This document shows, one piece after another, positions 18,737-28,970 of a stretch of 64,000 bases of DNA. Source of the DNA: an uncultured Rickettsiales bacterium (GTDB lineage: Bacteria; Myxococcota_A; UBA796; UBA9615). The translations under genes were made by a program, and so were the position numbers. Within the stretch, counting starts at the first letter, position 1, and the number at the start of each line of letters is the position of its first letter. The DNA lies in the NCBI GenBank assembly GCA_964490445.1, contig CAZBDA010000002.1, forward strand, positions 6,078-70,077, given 5' to 3'. The notes under the pieces are model-generated. The model was not told the origin of the DNA and did no database searches. It saw only the letters and a list, made by a program, of their open reading frames with translations.

Positions 18737-20146
18737 CTAGTTCCCCGACCCGGTTCCTGGCTCGGCCGGCTCGCTCATGCCCATCAGCTTGCGGAAGCGG
18801 GCATGGCCGTGGAGGCTGCCCAGGTCGGGATCGTGACGGGCAAAACCGAGCTCCGTAAAGCCGAGTTCGATGGCCTGCTCGAGCATGTGCAGGCTCTTGT
18901 CCTCGTCGCCGTTGAGGGCGTACAGGCAGGCCAGGTTGTACGAGACGTAGACCGACTCCGGCTCCAGCTTGAACAACTCCTCGAGAAGCCCCCTTGCAAC
19001 ATCGAGGTCATGGCGACGGTAGGCCTGCAGGACCTCCCGGTTGAGTTCGTCGGAACGCTTCCACAACGCCAGTTCAGCGTCTGAAGGAGCCGGCCAGCGG
19101 CGCTCGCGACCCGCTACCATCTTCTGGAAGGGCACCGCAGGGCTGTCCTGGTACCAGTAGGCCACTGCGCCGATCCGGTCGGTCCGCTCGTTGTTCGAGC
19201 CGTGGTCGAGACGCAACTCGATGGACTCGTCAAAGGGCACCGGGTCCGTCAGGTGAAAACGGTACACGCTGCTGCGCGCCTGGACGCGGTTGCCCTCGTC
19301 GAGCGTCGTGCCCTGGAACGAGCCGTTGGTCTTGGACAGACCGAAGATGCTGCCGAAATAGTTCAGCGCCGGGATGGACGCGGGTCCCTTGTTCGGGTCA
19401 CCGTCCACCAAAAAGTGAACTGCGCCTGTGCCCCAGGCACCCGGCGTGGTGTTCTGAGCTGCTAGCGAGAGGCCAACGTACTGGCCGCGGCCACTGGCAC
19501 GGAGCACGGTCAACGGCACGCCCTTCTTGGGCGCGGTCTCCTGGCTGTACTGGGCGTGGAAATACAGGGTTCCGTCCGGCAGCGCATCCACGACCCGGTA
19601 GTCCACCTCCCAGCGCAGCTGGCGGGTCTCGTGGTTGCCCTCGTTGACGAGACTGATCTTCGCCGACGCCTTGAAGGGCATCTTCCACAGACAGGCAAAG
19701 GACCGTCCCTGGGAGTGCACAGCGATGGGCAGCGACTGCAGGCTCTGTCGCACCCCGGGCCCGACCGCAAAAAAGTCGCCGATGGGCGCCTCGACCGAAG
19801 GACCTGCAGCGCCATCCCAGGTGATGCGTACCAGGATGTCGCGTGGGAACGTGTCGGCGCCCTCGATGGCAATCCAGAGCCGGTCGATGACGGCCGGCCC
19901 CTCGATGTCAGCGATGACTATGGACTCACCCGGGGCCAGTACCGTCTCAGCGCTGTTGTCCGCCGAAGACGCGCGGCCGGGACGGCCCTGGGTCTGCTGC
20001 GTCAGCGCATCGAGAGTACCGCCGGACTGAACCTTGACGGCCTGGCGACCCCAACCACCAGCGCAGGCTGAAGCGGGAATGACAAGCAGCAGGAGCAGCG
20101 CGAACAAGGCGCTCTTGCGTAGAGCGGTGGAAAACGAAAGCGGCAT
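18737..20146 (-). CDS. secreted DUF2961/GH172-like domain protein with C-terminal TPR
   Basis: Signal peptide MPLSFSTALRKSALFALLLLLVIPASA. The central region resembles DUF2961 (..IDRLWIAIEG.., ..AVHFLVDGDPNKG..). C-terminal TPR (YNLACLYALNGDEDKSLHMLEQAIELG). The longer ORF-track start at 20374 looks like spurious upstream extension. Confidence 0.45.
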   Translation of the reverse strand: MPLSFSTALRKSALFALLLLLVIPASACAGGWGRQAVKVQSGGTLDALTQQTQGRPGRASSADNSAETVLAPGESIVIADIEGPAVIDRLWIAIEGADTFPRDILVRITWDGAAGPSVEAPIGDFFAVGPGVRQSLQSLPIAVHSQGRSFACLWKMPFKASAKISLVNEGNHETRQLRWEVDYRVVDALPDGTLYFHAQYSQETAPKKGVPLTVLRASGRGQYVGLSLAAQNTTPGAWGTGAVHFLVDGDPNKGPASIPALNYFGSIFGLSKTNGSFQGTTLDEGNRVQARSSVYRFHLTDPVPFDESIELRLDHGSNNERTDRIGAVAYWYQDSPAVPFQKMVAGRERRWPAPSDAELALWKRSDELNREVLQAYRRHDLDVARGLLEELFKLEPESVYVSYNLACLYALNGDEDKSLHMLEQAIELGFTELGFARHDPDLGSLHGHARFRKLMGMSEPAEPGTGSGN

Positions 20147-20204
20147 CAAAGGGGTCTCCGGCGCGAGGGTTCCGGAGCGGGCGCACCCCGGGACGCGCAT
20201 TCTA

Positions 20205-21029
20205 TCAAAGGCCAGATATGCCGTGTTCGCTATTGGCGACGAGCCGCTCCCGCTCTTCCAAAGCCGCCAACTTGGCCCGTTTCTGCCCACGTCGCTTCCA
20301 GGCGGCAACGAGGAACAGCACACTCGCAAAGCCCCAGAATGCGTTCTGACCACCCAGCAGCGGCACCAGGGCATGCCAGATGGTCATCCGCTTGCGCCAG
20401 CCCTGCTCCAGTTCAGCCAGCGGCCGGCCGGTAGCAGAAGCGACCGCGGACGGTAGATCCCTGCCAGCTGCGAGTTCCTGGATCATCGCCGACAGGACCC
20501 CCTCTCCCTGCCGAAAAATGTAGGCGACAAAGTCCACCGATTGCAGGTAGGCGAGGCGGGCCTGGCGACTACCCGTGGGCCAGCTTCGGGTAATTTCCTC
20601 CATCGGCAACAGCGAGTTGGAAACCGCCGCACGAACCAGGACCGCCTGGTCCGAGGGGCGCATCTCGCCGGCGAACAGCATCGCAACACCCTCCTGCAGC
20701 CAGCGGGGGGGGCGTCCCTCGTCAAAAACACTGCCCACCATGATGTGGCAGAGCTCGTGGGTAAACGTCTTCTGGATGGGGTCAGGGCCGGTATGAGGTA
20801 GCCCCGTACGTAGGTAGATCTCCCTCCGCACCGGCCAGGCAGTGCCCACAGCCCAGCTCGGAGGAGGGCTCGGCTGCAAACGGGAGAAGGACTCGAAGTC
20901 GGACGCCAGGATGACGTCGATGTGCTCGGGGATTGGCGTCCCCGTGGCCATGGAAATGTAGTCCACTGTGGACGGGCCGATGTCGGAGATCGCCTGTGCA
21001 AGGCCAGCATCGTGGTCGCGGTAGTACAT
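20205..21029 (-). CDS. HExxH zinc metallopeptidase-like protein
   Basis: HELCH motif (TFTHELCHIMVG). A C-terminal TM helix followed by a coiled/charged tail. An in-frame hydrophobic signal-like segment lies upstream with no start codon. Confidence 0.5.
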   Translation of the reverse strand: MYYRDHDAGLAQAISDIGPSTVDYISMATGTPIPEHIDVILASDFESFSRLQPSPPPSWAVGTAWPVRREIYLRTGLPHTGPDPIQKTFTHELCHIMVGSVFDEGRPPRWLQEGVAMLFAGEMRPSDQAVLVRAAVSNSLLPMEEITRSWPTGSRQARLAYLQSVDFVAYIFRQGEGVLSAMIQELAAGRDLPSAVASATGRPLAELEQGWRKRMTIWHALVPLLGGQNAFWGFASVLFLVAAWKRRGQKRAKLAALEERERLVANSEHGISGL

Positions 21030-21181
21030 GACCAGGGACTCTGCCTGCAGGCTCTGCCAGCCCGCCCCGCTGGGGGCTTCCGCAGCTGCAGGGTCGGCAA
21101 ACAGAACCGTGAGGAACAGGGTCCCAGCCGCTGCCAGAATCGGCAGCAGGCCACACGAACTGCGAGACCAACAGGAGCCGT

Positions 21182-24100
21182 TCAGCCCGCCGCTCCGGTG
21201 TGCCAGTCCTGCACCGACTGCACTTCGAAATCTCGCTCGGCCAAAGCTGCGATGCCGGTCACCATGGCATCGGCTGCCGCCAGTGTCGTCAGGCAGGGAA
21301 TGTTGTACTGCAAAGCAGCCATCCGAATGGCCCGCTCATCAAAGCGGGACGTTCGGCCCATCGGCGTGTTGACGATCAGGTCGACCTCATCGTTCTTCAC
21401 GTAGTCCACCAGGTTGGGCCGACCCTCGTTGACCTTGTAGATGGCCTGGCAGGCAATGCCCGCATCCTGCAGCGATTTCGCCGTACCGCTGGTGCCAATA
21501 AGGTGGAAGCCGAGATCACAGAGACGCTCGGCGATGCTCGGCACCTGCTGCTTGTCTTCGTCATTCACAGACAGGAAGACCGTTCCCCCGGTTGGCACTT
21601 TCTCACCGCCTGCCATGGTTGCCTTGGCAAAGGCCTGGCCGAAGGACTCGGCGATGCCCATGACCTCGCCAGTGGACTTCATTTCCGGCCCGAGCAGCGG
21701 ATCGGAGCCCGAGAGCTTGCGGAACGGCAGGACCACCTTCTTGACGGAGAACATGTTGGGCACCGGCTCTTCGCTGAAGCCGACCTCGGCAAGAGTCTTG
21801 CCGACCATCAGTAGCGCAGCGATCTTGGCCAGCGGCACTCCTATCGCCTTGCTCACAAATGGCACTGTGCGGGAGGCTCGCGGGTTCACCTCGAGGGTGT
21901 AGAGATTGCCCTCGTGGATGGCAAACTGGGTGTTCATGAGGCCGATCACCCCGAGGCCGCGGGCGAACCTGCGCACGATGTCGCGCATCTCATCGAGCAG
22001 CTCTTCGGAGACACCGTAGGCAGGCAGGACGCACGACGAGTCGCCGGAGTGAATCCCAGCCTGCTCGATATGCTGCATGATGGCTCCCACCACCACGTTG
22101 CCTTCCTTGTCGGCCAGGCAGTCGACGTCGATCTCTTCAGCGTTCTCCAAGAACTTGTCGATGAGCACAGGGCGGCTGGGATCGATTGCCAGGGCGTCCT
22201 GCATGTAATGGCGCAGGCGCTGCTCCTCGTAGACGATCGCCATGCCACGTCCGCCGAGCACGTAGGAGGGACGAACCAGTACGGGGTAACTCAACTCATC
22301 TGCGATCTCCACCGCAGCATCAACGCTCAGGGCCGTGCCACCGTGGGGAACCCGAGCCCCCACTTCACGAGCCAGGGCGAGAAACTCATCTCGATCCTCG
22401 GCGCGATCGATGGACTCGGGAGGAGTGCCGAGGATCTGGACGCCAGCCTCCTTCAGAGGGACCGCCAACTTGAGCGGCGTCTGGCCACCGAACTGGACGA
22501 TCACGCCCATGGGCTTCTCGACCTCCAAGATCCCCAGTACCGATTCCAGGGTCAACGGCTCGAAAAACAGGCGATCGACCATGTCATAGTCGGTCGACAC
22601 GGTTTCCGGGTTGAGGTTGACCATGACGGTCTCGAAACCGGCCTCACGCAGAGACAGGGCGCCGTGGACACAGCAGTAATCAAACTCGATGCCCTGACCG
22701 ATTCGATTCGGACCGCTGCCAAGGATCACGACGGTCTTATTGCCCTCCTTAGCCCCGGGAAGCTCGCTTTCGTCGCTCTCGTAGGTGGAGTAGTAGTACG
22801 GGGTCTCAGCCTCGAACTCCGCCGCACAGGTGTCCACCGCCTTGTACACCGGGACCAGGCCGTCCTCGATGCGACGAGCGCGCACCTCTTGCTCCGAGAC
22901 CTTCAGCAGGTGCCCCACCTGGATGTCGGTAAAGCCGTCACGCTTGGCAGAGCGCAACCCTTCGCTGGAAAGAGCCTCCAGGGAGCCCACCTCTCGCAAC
23001 TCTTCCTCGCGCTCCACCAACTGCTTGATCTGGTCGAGGAACCAGGGATCGATCCCCGTATGTTCGCGAAGCTCGGGCACCGTCATGCCGAGCCGCAGGG
23101 CATGGCGGAGGAAGAAGATGTTGTCGGACTGAGGACGGCTGAGTCGCCGCCGAATCGACCGCACCAGTGCGGCACGGGTCTCGGGCCCCTGGTTCGGATC
23201 GAGATCGATCTCGTCGTGACCGTCGGCGCCCAGGCCGTGGCGGCCCTGCTCGAGACTGGCGAGCCCCTTCTGCAGGCTCTCGCGGAAGGTCCGTCCGATG
23301 GCCATCACCTCGCCCACCGACTTCATCTGCGTGCCGAGCGTCGCGTCTGCCCCGGGGAACTTCTCGAAAGCCCAGCGAGGGATTTTCGTGACGACATAGT
23401 CGATGGTCGGCTCGAAGGCGGCAGGAGTCTTCTTGGTGATCGCGTTGGGAATTTCGTCGAGGCGGTAACCCACCGCCAGCTTCGCCGCCATGTGAGCGAT
23501 GGGAAAGCCCGTCGCCTTCGAAGCCAGGGCCGAGGAGCGGGAAACTCGTGGATTGGCCTCGATGACCACCATGCGCCCGGTCCGAGGATTGACACCGTAC
23601 TGGATGTTCGAACCACCCGAGGCGACCCCAATCTCACGGATAATGGCCAACGCCGAGTCACGCATGAGCTGGTATTCGACGTCGCTCAGAGTCTGCGCCG
23701 GGGCGACCGTAATCGAGTCTCCGGTATGCACACCCATCGGGTCGAAGTTCTCGATGCTGCAGACGATCACGACGTTGTCCTGCAGATCGCGCATCACCTC
23801 CAGTTCGTACTCCTTCCAGCCGATGATCGACTCCTCGAGAAGCACCTCACCAACGGGCGAGTTGCGCAGGCCCCACTCGACGATCGAACGGAACTCTTCG
23901 CGGTTGTAGGCAATTCCACCCCCGGTGCCGCCCATCGTGAACGAGGGGCGGATGATGGCCGGGAAACCCGTGGTTTGGACCAGGCGCTCGGCGTCGTCCA
24001 TGTTGTAGGCGAAACCGCCGCTGGGCATCTCCAGCCCGATCTTGTCCATGGCCTTCTTGAACAGAGAGCGATCTTCTGCCTTCTGAATCGCCTCGATATT

Positions 24101-24454
24101 GGCGCCGATGAGCTCGACGCCGTACTTCTCGAACACGCCGCGCTTGGCCAACTCGACTGCACAGTTGAGGGCCGTCTGACCTCCCATAGTGGGCAACAGT
24201 GCCGAGGGGCGCTCCCGGGCGATGACCTTCTCGATGGCGTCGGCGGTGATTGGCTCGATGTAGGTGGCGTCAGCGAGCTCCGGATCGGTCATCACCGTGG
24301 CCGGATTCGAGTTGATCAGGATGACCCGGAAGCCATCCTCTCGCAGTGCCTTACAGGCCTGGGTACCGGAATAGTCAAACTCGCAGGCCTGACCGATGAT
24401 GATCGGCCCGGAACCGATGATAAGGACAGACTCAAGGTCGGTACGGCAAGGCAC
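21182..24454 (-). CDS. carB: carbamoyl-phosphate synthase large subunit
   Basis: 1090 aa. Duplicated ATP-grasp halves. The N-terminus [29 protein letters not shown] is the CarB signature. MGS-like C-terminal domain. Confidence 0.95.
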   Translation of the reverse strand: MPCRTDLESVLIIGSGPIIIGQACEFDYSGTQACKALREDGFRVILINSNPATVMTDPELADATYIEPITADAIEKVIARERPSALLPTMGGQTALNCAVELAKRGVFEKYGVELIGANIEAIQKAEDRSLFKKAMDKIGLEMPSGGFAYNMDDAERLVQTTGFPAIIRPSFTMGGTGGGIAYNREEFRSIVEWGLRNSPVGEVLLEESIIGWKEYELEVMRDLQDNVVIVCSIENFDPMGVHTGDSITVAPAQTLSDVEYQLMRDSALAIIREIGVASGGSNIQYGVNPRTGRMVVIEANPRVSRSSALASKATGFPIAHMAAKLAVGYRLDEIPNAITKKTPAAFEPTIDYVVTKIPRWAFEKFPGADATLGTQMKSVGEVMAIGRTFRESLQKGLASLEQGRHGLGADGHDEIDLDPNQGPETRAALVRSIRRRLSRPQSDNIFFLRHALRLGMTVPELREHTGIDPWFLDQIKQLVEREEELREVGSLEALSSEGLRSAKRDGFTDIQVGHLLKVSEQEVRARRIEDGLVPVYKAVDTCAAEFEAETPYYYSTYESDESELPGAKEGNKTVVILGSGPNRIGQGIEFDYCCVHGALSLREAGFETVMVNLNPETVSTDYDMVDRLFFEPLTLESVLGILEVEKPMGVIVQFGGQTPLKLAVPLKEAGVQILGTPPESIDRAEDRDEFLALAREVGARVPHGGTALSVDAAVEIADELSYPVLVRPSYVLGGRGMAIVYEEQRLRHYMQDALAIDPSRPVLIDKFLENAEEIDVDCLADKEGNVVVGAIMQHIEQAGIHSGDSSCVLPAYGVSEELLDEMRDIVRRFARGLGVIGLMNTQFAIHEGNLYTLEVNPRASRTVPFVSKAIGVPLAKIAALLMVGKTLAEVGFSEEPVPNMFSVKKVVLPFRKLSGSDPLLGPEMKSTGEVMGIAESFGQAFAKATMAGGEKVPTGGTVFLSVNDEDKQQVPSIAERLCDLGFHLIGTSGTAKSLQDAGIACQAIYKVNEGRPNLVDYVKNDEVDLIVNTPMGRTSRFDERAIRMAALQYNIPCLTTLAAADAMVTGIAALAERDFEVQSVQDWHTGAAG

Positions 24455-24583
24455 GTGGCAATCCCTCCGGTCGACCTCTTACAGAGGCCCCGTAGTACGC
24501 CCCGGTTGATAGCCCGGAACCGGAATGTACGCAAGACGTCTGAGCCCTGCCGGCGCACTTCTCTCTCGCACCGCTGTCGGACC

Positions 24584-25648
24584 TCAGGGAGGAAAAGCGA
24601 CCAGAGCATCATCCCCAACTTCCAGAGTGCCGGGAAGCTTGAGGGGAAGGTCGACGCGAACCTGGCGCAACTTCTCGATACTGCCGTCGTCGAGCATCGA
24701 CTCGATCTGCAGGGAAGTCACCTCACCTATCGCCCCCCGAACCACCGCGCCGCTCGCGCTGCCGTCGACAGGGGCTAGTTGGATCAGTGCCGGGGCTCCG
24801 CGAAACAGGGGGGCTCCCGCAGCCTCAGGAACGAGTGTCCAGACTACGAGGCGAGTCACATCCATCAGCCGGAAGGTGGCACGTTGGCTGCGCGGATTCC
24901 AATTCCCACCGACGAAGCCATTCACCTCGACGACCACCCCGTTCGCTGGACTGAGCAGACGCGACGCACGGACAACCTCCTCCAGCCTGGTGACCTTGTC
25001 GCTGAGGTCGGCGTAGAGGCGCTGGTTATGGCGTTCTCGGTTGAGTCTGTCCCCTGTCTTCGTACTGCGCCTCGTGCCGCGGCGCTGCAGGATCTCGATG
25101 GCCACGGCAGTCGCCTCCTTCTGACCACCTTCTTTGACGGCCCGCTTCAGGCGGCGCAAGTCGCCCTTCTGGCGGTTAATCGCTGGCTGGAGTTGGAGTT
25201 GGCGCGCTCGCGCCGATTGCTTCATCCAGAGTGGCGGCGGCCCGTTCCTGGAAAGCCGCCTCGGAGGCAGAGTCCGCTGCGCCACACGCCGCTGGGAGCG
25301 AGCTTCCTGCAACTGCTCCTTCAGAGCATCGCTCTCGAGCACACCCAGGAGTTGGCCACGCCCAACCGAGTCACCGATGCCAACCGTCAACTCGCGAATC
25401 ACACCCGACCTCGCAAAGCTGGCGTCGATGTACTGGTGCGCATCCACCATGCCGTCGACTACCGTGCTGCCGGGCGGCGCTCCCGGCATCACCAGGAGCT
25501 CATCGGCCCCCTCCAGGGCAGTGTCCGCGACATCGCTCAGTTCGCTGGAGTCCTGACCGGAACAGGCACTCAGCAGGGTCGCCATGACCAGCAACCCCAA
25601 TCCGCTCGTACCGAGAGCCAAAGGACGGATTGCAGGGAGGCTACTCAT
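24584..25648 (-). CDS. HlyD-family membrane-fusion / periplasmic adaptor lipoprotein
   Basis: Lipobox LLSAC|SGQ. Biotin-lipoyl-like hairpin (GVIRELTVGIGDSVGRGQLLGVLES), coiled-coil region and a beta-barrel domain. Confidence 0.55.
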   Translation of the reverse strand: MSSLPAIRPLALGTSGLGLLVMATLLSACSGQDSSELSDVADTALEGADELLVMPGAPPGSTVVDGMVDAHQYIDASFARSGVIRELTVGIGDSVGRGQLLGVLESDALKEQLQEARSQRRVAQRTLPPRRLSRNGPPPLWMKQSARARQLQLQPAINRQKGDLRRLKRAVKEGGQKEATAVAIEILQRRGTRRSTKTGDRLNRERHNQRLYADLSDKVTRLEEVVRASRLLSPANGVVVEVNGFVGGNWNPRSQRATFRLMDVTRLVVWTLVPEAAGAPLFRGAPALIQLAPVDGSASGAVVRGAIGEVTSLQIESMLDDGSIEKLRQVRVDLPLKLPGTLEVGDDALVAFPP

Positions 25649-26511
25649 CAGAAGTTCATCCCAATACGAAAGCCAGGAAACGGCAGAAGGAGGGCTCGAC
25701 TGGTACCCGAAGGGTCCACAATCACTGCCGGGACAAGCCCCATACCACCACTCAGTAGCAAGCCGATCGGCGCGTCGTAGCGAATGCCGACAAGGATGTA
25801 AGGAAGCACCCGAGCGAGTTCCTGCCCAACGGCCCGGAACCCCTGAGCATCGACCTGAGTTACCAGGTTCCCGGCCAGAAAGGAGAGACCAATCCCGACA
25901 ATGGGCGTCAGTCGCCGCGGTACCGGCTGTAGTTGCGCCTCGGCGAACAGCCCGAGCAAAGCACTCTCACCGCTCTCGAGGACAGCAGCGAATCCACCGA
26001 TCCCGCCGCCTATCGCCAGCAGCCAGTGGGGTCGAAACTGGACCGCAAGGCCAAGACCCAGAGTCGGTCCTCCCAGGCTCAATGCGGCACTACCCCTTCG
26101 GTAGGCACGGGGATTTGCGGCTCTTCGCCGGGCCTGTGCGCTGGCCTTCGCCGTCGCAACTGCCGTGCTCGCGGCAGGCTTCGGCGAGGCCAAAGGGGCG
26201 GCAGTACCTGCCCCCTGAGCGCGACGACTCAACACGGCGAGCGACTCCGCCAGGTAATTGCGAGCGCTGCGGTGCTGCGGCTGGCGCTCGAGCACCTCGC
26301 GAAAGGACGCGACTGCACCCTCGAACTCGCCGGCAGCGAACAGCCGATACCCCTCGAGGAACAGGTGCTCGACCGCCTCGGTGTGGGAACTGGAACTCTC
26401 GTGTGCGGCGTCCTGCTCGCCCTCCTCATCGTGAGCCTGTGCCAGCACGGGCAGACTGAGGGCCAGGGCCACCGCCAGGGCGGACCATGGAATTGCTGTT
26501 GTTGAGTTCAC
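25648..26511 (-). CDS. secreted TPR-containing protein with Gly-rich beta C-terminus (possible OM beta-barrel)
   Basis: Signal peptide; TPR-like helices (FAAGEFEGAVASFREVLERQPQH); C-terminal alternating hydrophobic strands ending ...FRIGMNF. Start/stop coupled to the HlyD-like gene. Confidence 0.4.
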   Translation of the reverse strand: MNSTTAIPWSALAVALALSLPVLAQAHDEEGEQDAAHESSSSHTEAVEHLFLEGYRLFAAGEFEGAVASFREVLERQPQHRSARNYLAESLAVLSRRAQGAGTAAPLASPKPAASTAVATAKASAQARRRAANPRAYRRGSAALSLGGPTLGLGLAVQFRPHWLLAIGGGIGGFAAVLESGESALLGLFAEAQLQPVPRRLTPIVGIGLSFLAGNLVTQVDAQGFRAVGQELARVLPYILVGIRYDAPIGLLLSGGMGLVPAVIVDPSGTSRALLLPFPGFRIGMNF

Positions 26512-26582
26512 AGCAGCAGTCTACTTCGCCGAGAGCGCACCCTGCCAAGTCACTTCGATGTGGTCTACACTCTGCATCGCCC

Positions 26583-27695
26583 ATGAAAGGACTACCAGCC
26601 CGGACCACAGCTCTCTGCACAGCGCTGCTGCTGTTCCTGTCCGCCCCGGGAACAGCAAGGGCTTACGGTGAAGACACCGGCGGCGCACCGAGCCTCGAGG
26701 AGCGTGCGGTACACCTGTTCACGGACCGATTACGCGTGGAGCCTGATGCCACCGACGCGGAGTTCTCCGACTACCCGCCTGTCGCGCCCCTGATCTACAA
26801 CAGCGAACTCGGAGCAGCCGCTCGCTTCCACGCCGACGATATGGCCGAGAATGACTGCTTCCAGCACGAGAGTTGCGACGGTACTGACTTCGGCGAGCGC
26901 CTATGGCGCTACTACGACGGCATGGGCATCGGAGAGAACATCGCACTCGGCTCCCCCGACGCGCTCACGGTTGTCTTCGAGGGATGGCTCTACTCGCCAC
27001 CGCACCGCGACAACATGCTGGCAAGCGACTGGCGGGAATTGGGGACCGGCTTCTCGGACAATGACGGGGGCCCACCGCTGTGGGTGCAAGACTTCGGCTT
27101 CCGTGGTGGCGAGGTCGAACCGATCACCACCTCATCGACCCACTGGCCGCTGCGTCCGGCAGCTAACGAAGAGGTGTCCTTCTTCCTGGCAGCCTACGAC
27201 CCGGACGGCACGCCCGAGGGCGCCGACCTCCTCTTTGGCGGCGTCCGTTACCCGATGGAGGACGACCGGGGCGCCGACGGGAAGCAGACCTTTGCCCGGG
27301 CTCTTGATGCCGATGTTCTGTCCTGGGTCTTGTCTGAGGGCGACTACCGCGAGGATTGCCCGAGCTACTACTTCGAGTTGACCCGCGCCGACGGCAGCGT
27401 GGTCAGCTATCCCAGCGAAGGAGGCCTGTTGATTCCCCTGGGAGCCTTGGGAGGCAGCGACTGCGAGCCCTGGAGCGGGTCGCGGCCGACAGTTCGCAGT
27501 GGCTGCGGCGGCGACTCCGGCCTCACTGGCACCGGCAGCGGCTGCCAGACAGATCCCGACCGGGTCGGCGGTCCCGACGACAACACTCAGAATTCAGTCA
27601 ACTACTCGAACTGTGCGCTGGCACCTCAGCCGCGGCAGGGCAACTGGGCAGTGCTCGCCGTCCTCGCTCTGCAACTACGCAGACGGCGGCGCTGA
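26583..27695 (+). CDS. CAP/SCP/PR-1 domain secreted protein with MYXO-CTERM-type tail
   Basis: Signal peptide MKGLPARTTALCTALLLFLSAPGTARA. CAP-domain motifs (HADDMAENDCFQHES.., GENIALG, YSPPHRDNML). C-terminal CALAP..WAVLAVLALQLRRRRR. Confidence 0.65.
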   Translation: MKGLPARTTALCTALLLFLSAPGTARAYGEDTGGAPSLEERAVHLFTDRLRVEPDATDAEFSDYPPVAPLIYNSELGAAARFHADDMAENDCFQHESCDGTDFGERLWRYYDGMGIGENIALGSPDALTVVFEGWLYSPPHRDNMLASDWRELGTGFSDNDGGPPLWVQDFGFRGGEVEPITTSSTHWPLRPAANEEVSFFLAAYDPDGTPEGADLLFGGVRYPMEDDRGADGKQTFARALDADVLSWVLSEGDYREDCPSYYFELTRADGSVVSYPSEGGLLIPLGALGGSDCEPWSGSRPTVRSGCGGDSGLTGTGSGCQTDPDRVGGPDDNTQNSVNYSNCALAPQPRQGNWAVLAVLALQLRRRRR

Positions 27696-28964
27696 GTCGA
27701 CAAAGGTCGCCGCGAAGACGGCATCAATAGCAGCACGCCCCGACTCGCTCAGCTTCCGGGTTCCCGTGCCGCAGACCCGCACCGACGTGATCCGCGGGGT
27801 ATCCACTTTTCGCCAGCAAGCCTCCCGAACGCTCCAACGGAACCAGCTCTGCTCTTCCTGGTCGTAGACCCACAACGCCTTGTTCCAGACTCGAGCCAAC
27901 TCACCAGCCCAGCCAGTCCCACCCGAGAGCGTGTCGTCGTCCTGGATCGAACCGACGACAAGTACCTGGTCGGCGCTATGCACCTGGTGCCAGAGCGTCT
28001 GCAGGACACGCCGGAACGCGTGGGTAGAGTCGTAGCCTCGGTGCATGCGCCGGGACGCATAGGCCAGCGACACATCGCCCTGGCGCAGCTCGCGCTCGCT
28101 GAGCATGACCAGACCGCGCTCACGCGCAGGCTCGTGTCCCGGATAGCTGTAGTTGACTTCCGCCAGGCCGTAGCGCTCGGCGACCTCTCCAAAGTAGGCC
28201 TCGCTACCGGCTGCCGCACCCGAGTACAGGGTGTAGGCGTCCGGGCTGTAGGTGACCGGCAAGCCCGTTCCATTGCCCTCGAAGACCGCACGCATGTGGC
28301 TGGGCTCGAGCAGCATGGGTTCCGAGGACGAGTCGGACTCCTGGGTCTGGCCACACAACTGGAGCTCGACGTGCTCGCCCCGAGACCTCAACTGGACCGC
28401 AAGATCAATGAGACCGGCAACCGGCTCGAAAGCAGCAGGCAACTGCGCAGGACTCGACTCGCGAGAAGCGGGCTCACTCAGCGTGGTGACCCAGAGTCGG
28501 GTGCCGTGGGCCCAGGCGAGCGCCTTGTAGGACGCCACCTCGGCTCGGCTGAGTGCGCTCCAGTCGAGGCCATCGAGCAGAATTACCTCGGGACGAAAAT
28601 CCGCGTGCTCAGCAAGTATGCCCAGCAACTGCGTGAGCTTCTGCGTGCTGAAGCCACCAGGAGTGTAGCTCTGCACCATGCGGTGGCGCTGTACAGCTGT
28701 GCGCGCGGCAATCGGGTCAGGCAGGGCGCCGCGACTGTCGTAGTCGGCAAGCAACTCCTCGTAGCGAGAACAGATCTCGGCGATGGACTCACCCTCGCTG
28801 ACGTGCAGCACGCAGCGCCTGCCGAGCAGATCTTCCAGGCCGAGATGCACCAGCAGCGCGGTCTTGCCGAGACCCGCCGGGGACAGGATAAGGCCCAACT
28901 CTCCAGCGGTGAGGCCGCCACTGCTGGCGCGCTCGATGAGACTGAGTGGGCTTCCGTCGAGCAT
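27675..28964 (-). CDS. KaiC/RecA-like ATPase domain fused to a SLOG (DprA/Smf/LOG-like) Rossmann domain protein
   Basis: N-terminus: GGLTAGELGLILSPAGLGKTALLVHLG...CVLHVSEGES (KaiC/RadA-like P-loop layout). C-terminus: ..YSGAAAGSEAYFGEVAERYG.. and ..VLVVGSIQDDDTLSGGTGWAGELARVWNKALWVYD.. (SLOG/DprA-type pattern). 6-bp gap to the upstream EF-G gene. Confidence 0.45.
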   Translation of the reverse strand: MLDGSPLSLIERASSGGLTAGELGLILSPAGLGKTALLVHLGLEDLLGRRCVLHVSEGESIAEICSRYEELLADYDSRGALPDPIAARTAVQRHRMVQSYTPGGFSTQKLTQLLGILAEHADFRPEVILLDGLDWSALSRAEVASYKALAWAHGTRLWVTTLSEPASRESSPAQLPAAFEPVAGLIDLAVQLRSRGEHVELQLCGQTQESDSSSEPMLLEPSHMRAVFEGNGTGLPVTYSPDAYTLYSGAAAGSEAYFGEVAERYGLAEVNYSYPGHEPARERGLVMLSERELRQGDVSLAYASRRMHRGYDSTHAFRRVLQTLWHQVHSADQVLVVGSIQDDDTLSGGTGWAGELARVWNKALWVYDQEEQSWFRWSVREACWRKVDTPRITSVRVCGTGTRKLSESGRAAIDAVFAATFVDSAPPSA

Positions 28965-28970
28965 CGTCCT

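Noticed and set aside
18737-20374. Extended N-terminus (MPWCRCWVVRT...) of the DUF2961-like ORF as given in the ORF track
   Set aside because: A clean signal peptide begins at the internal Met (20146). The upstream 76 codons are Cys/Arg/Trp-rich and would overlap the promoter region of the gene. Treated as spurious extension.
21914-24778. 954-aa plus-strand ORF antisense to carB
   Set aside because: It lies wholly inside the strongly conserved carB coding region on the opposite strand. Long antisense ORFs are expected in ~67% GC DNA, and no motifs are present.
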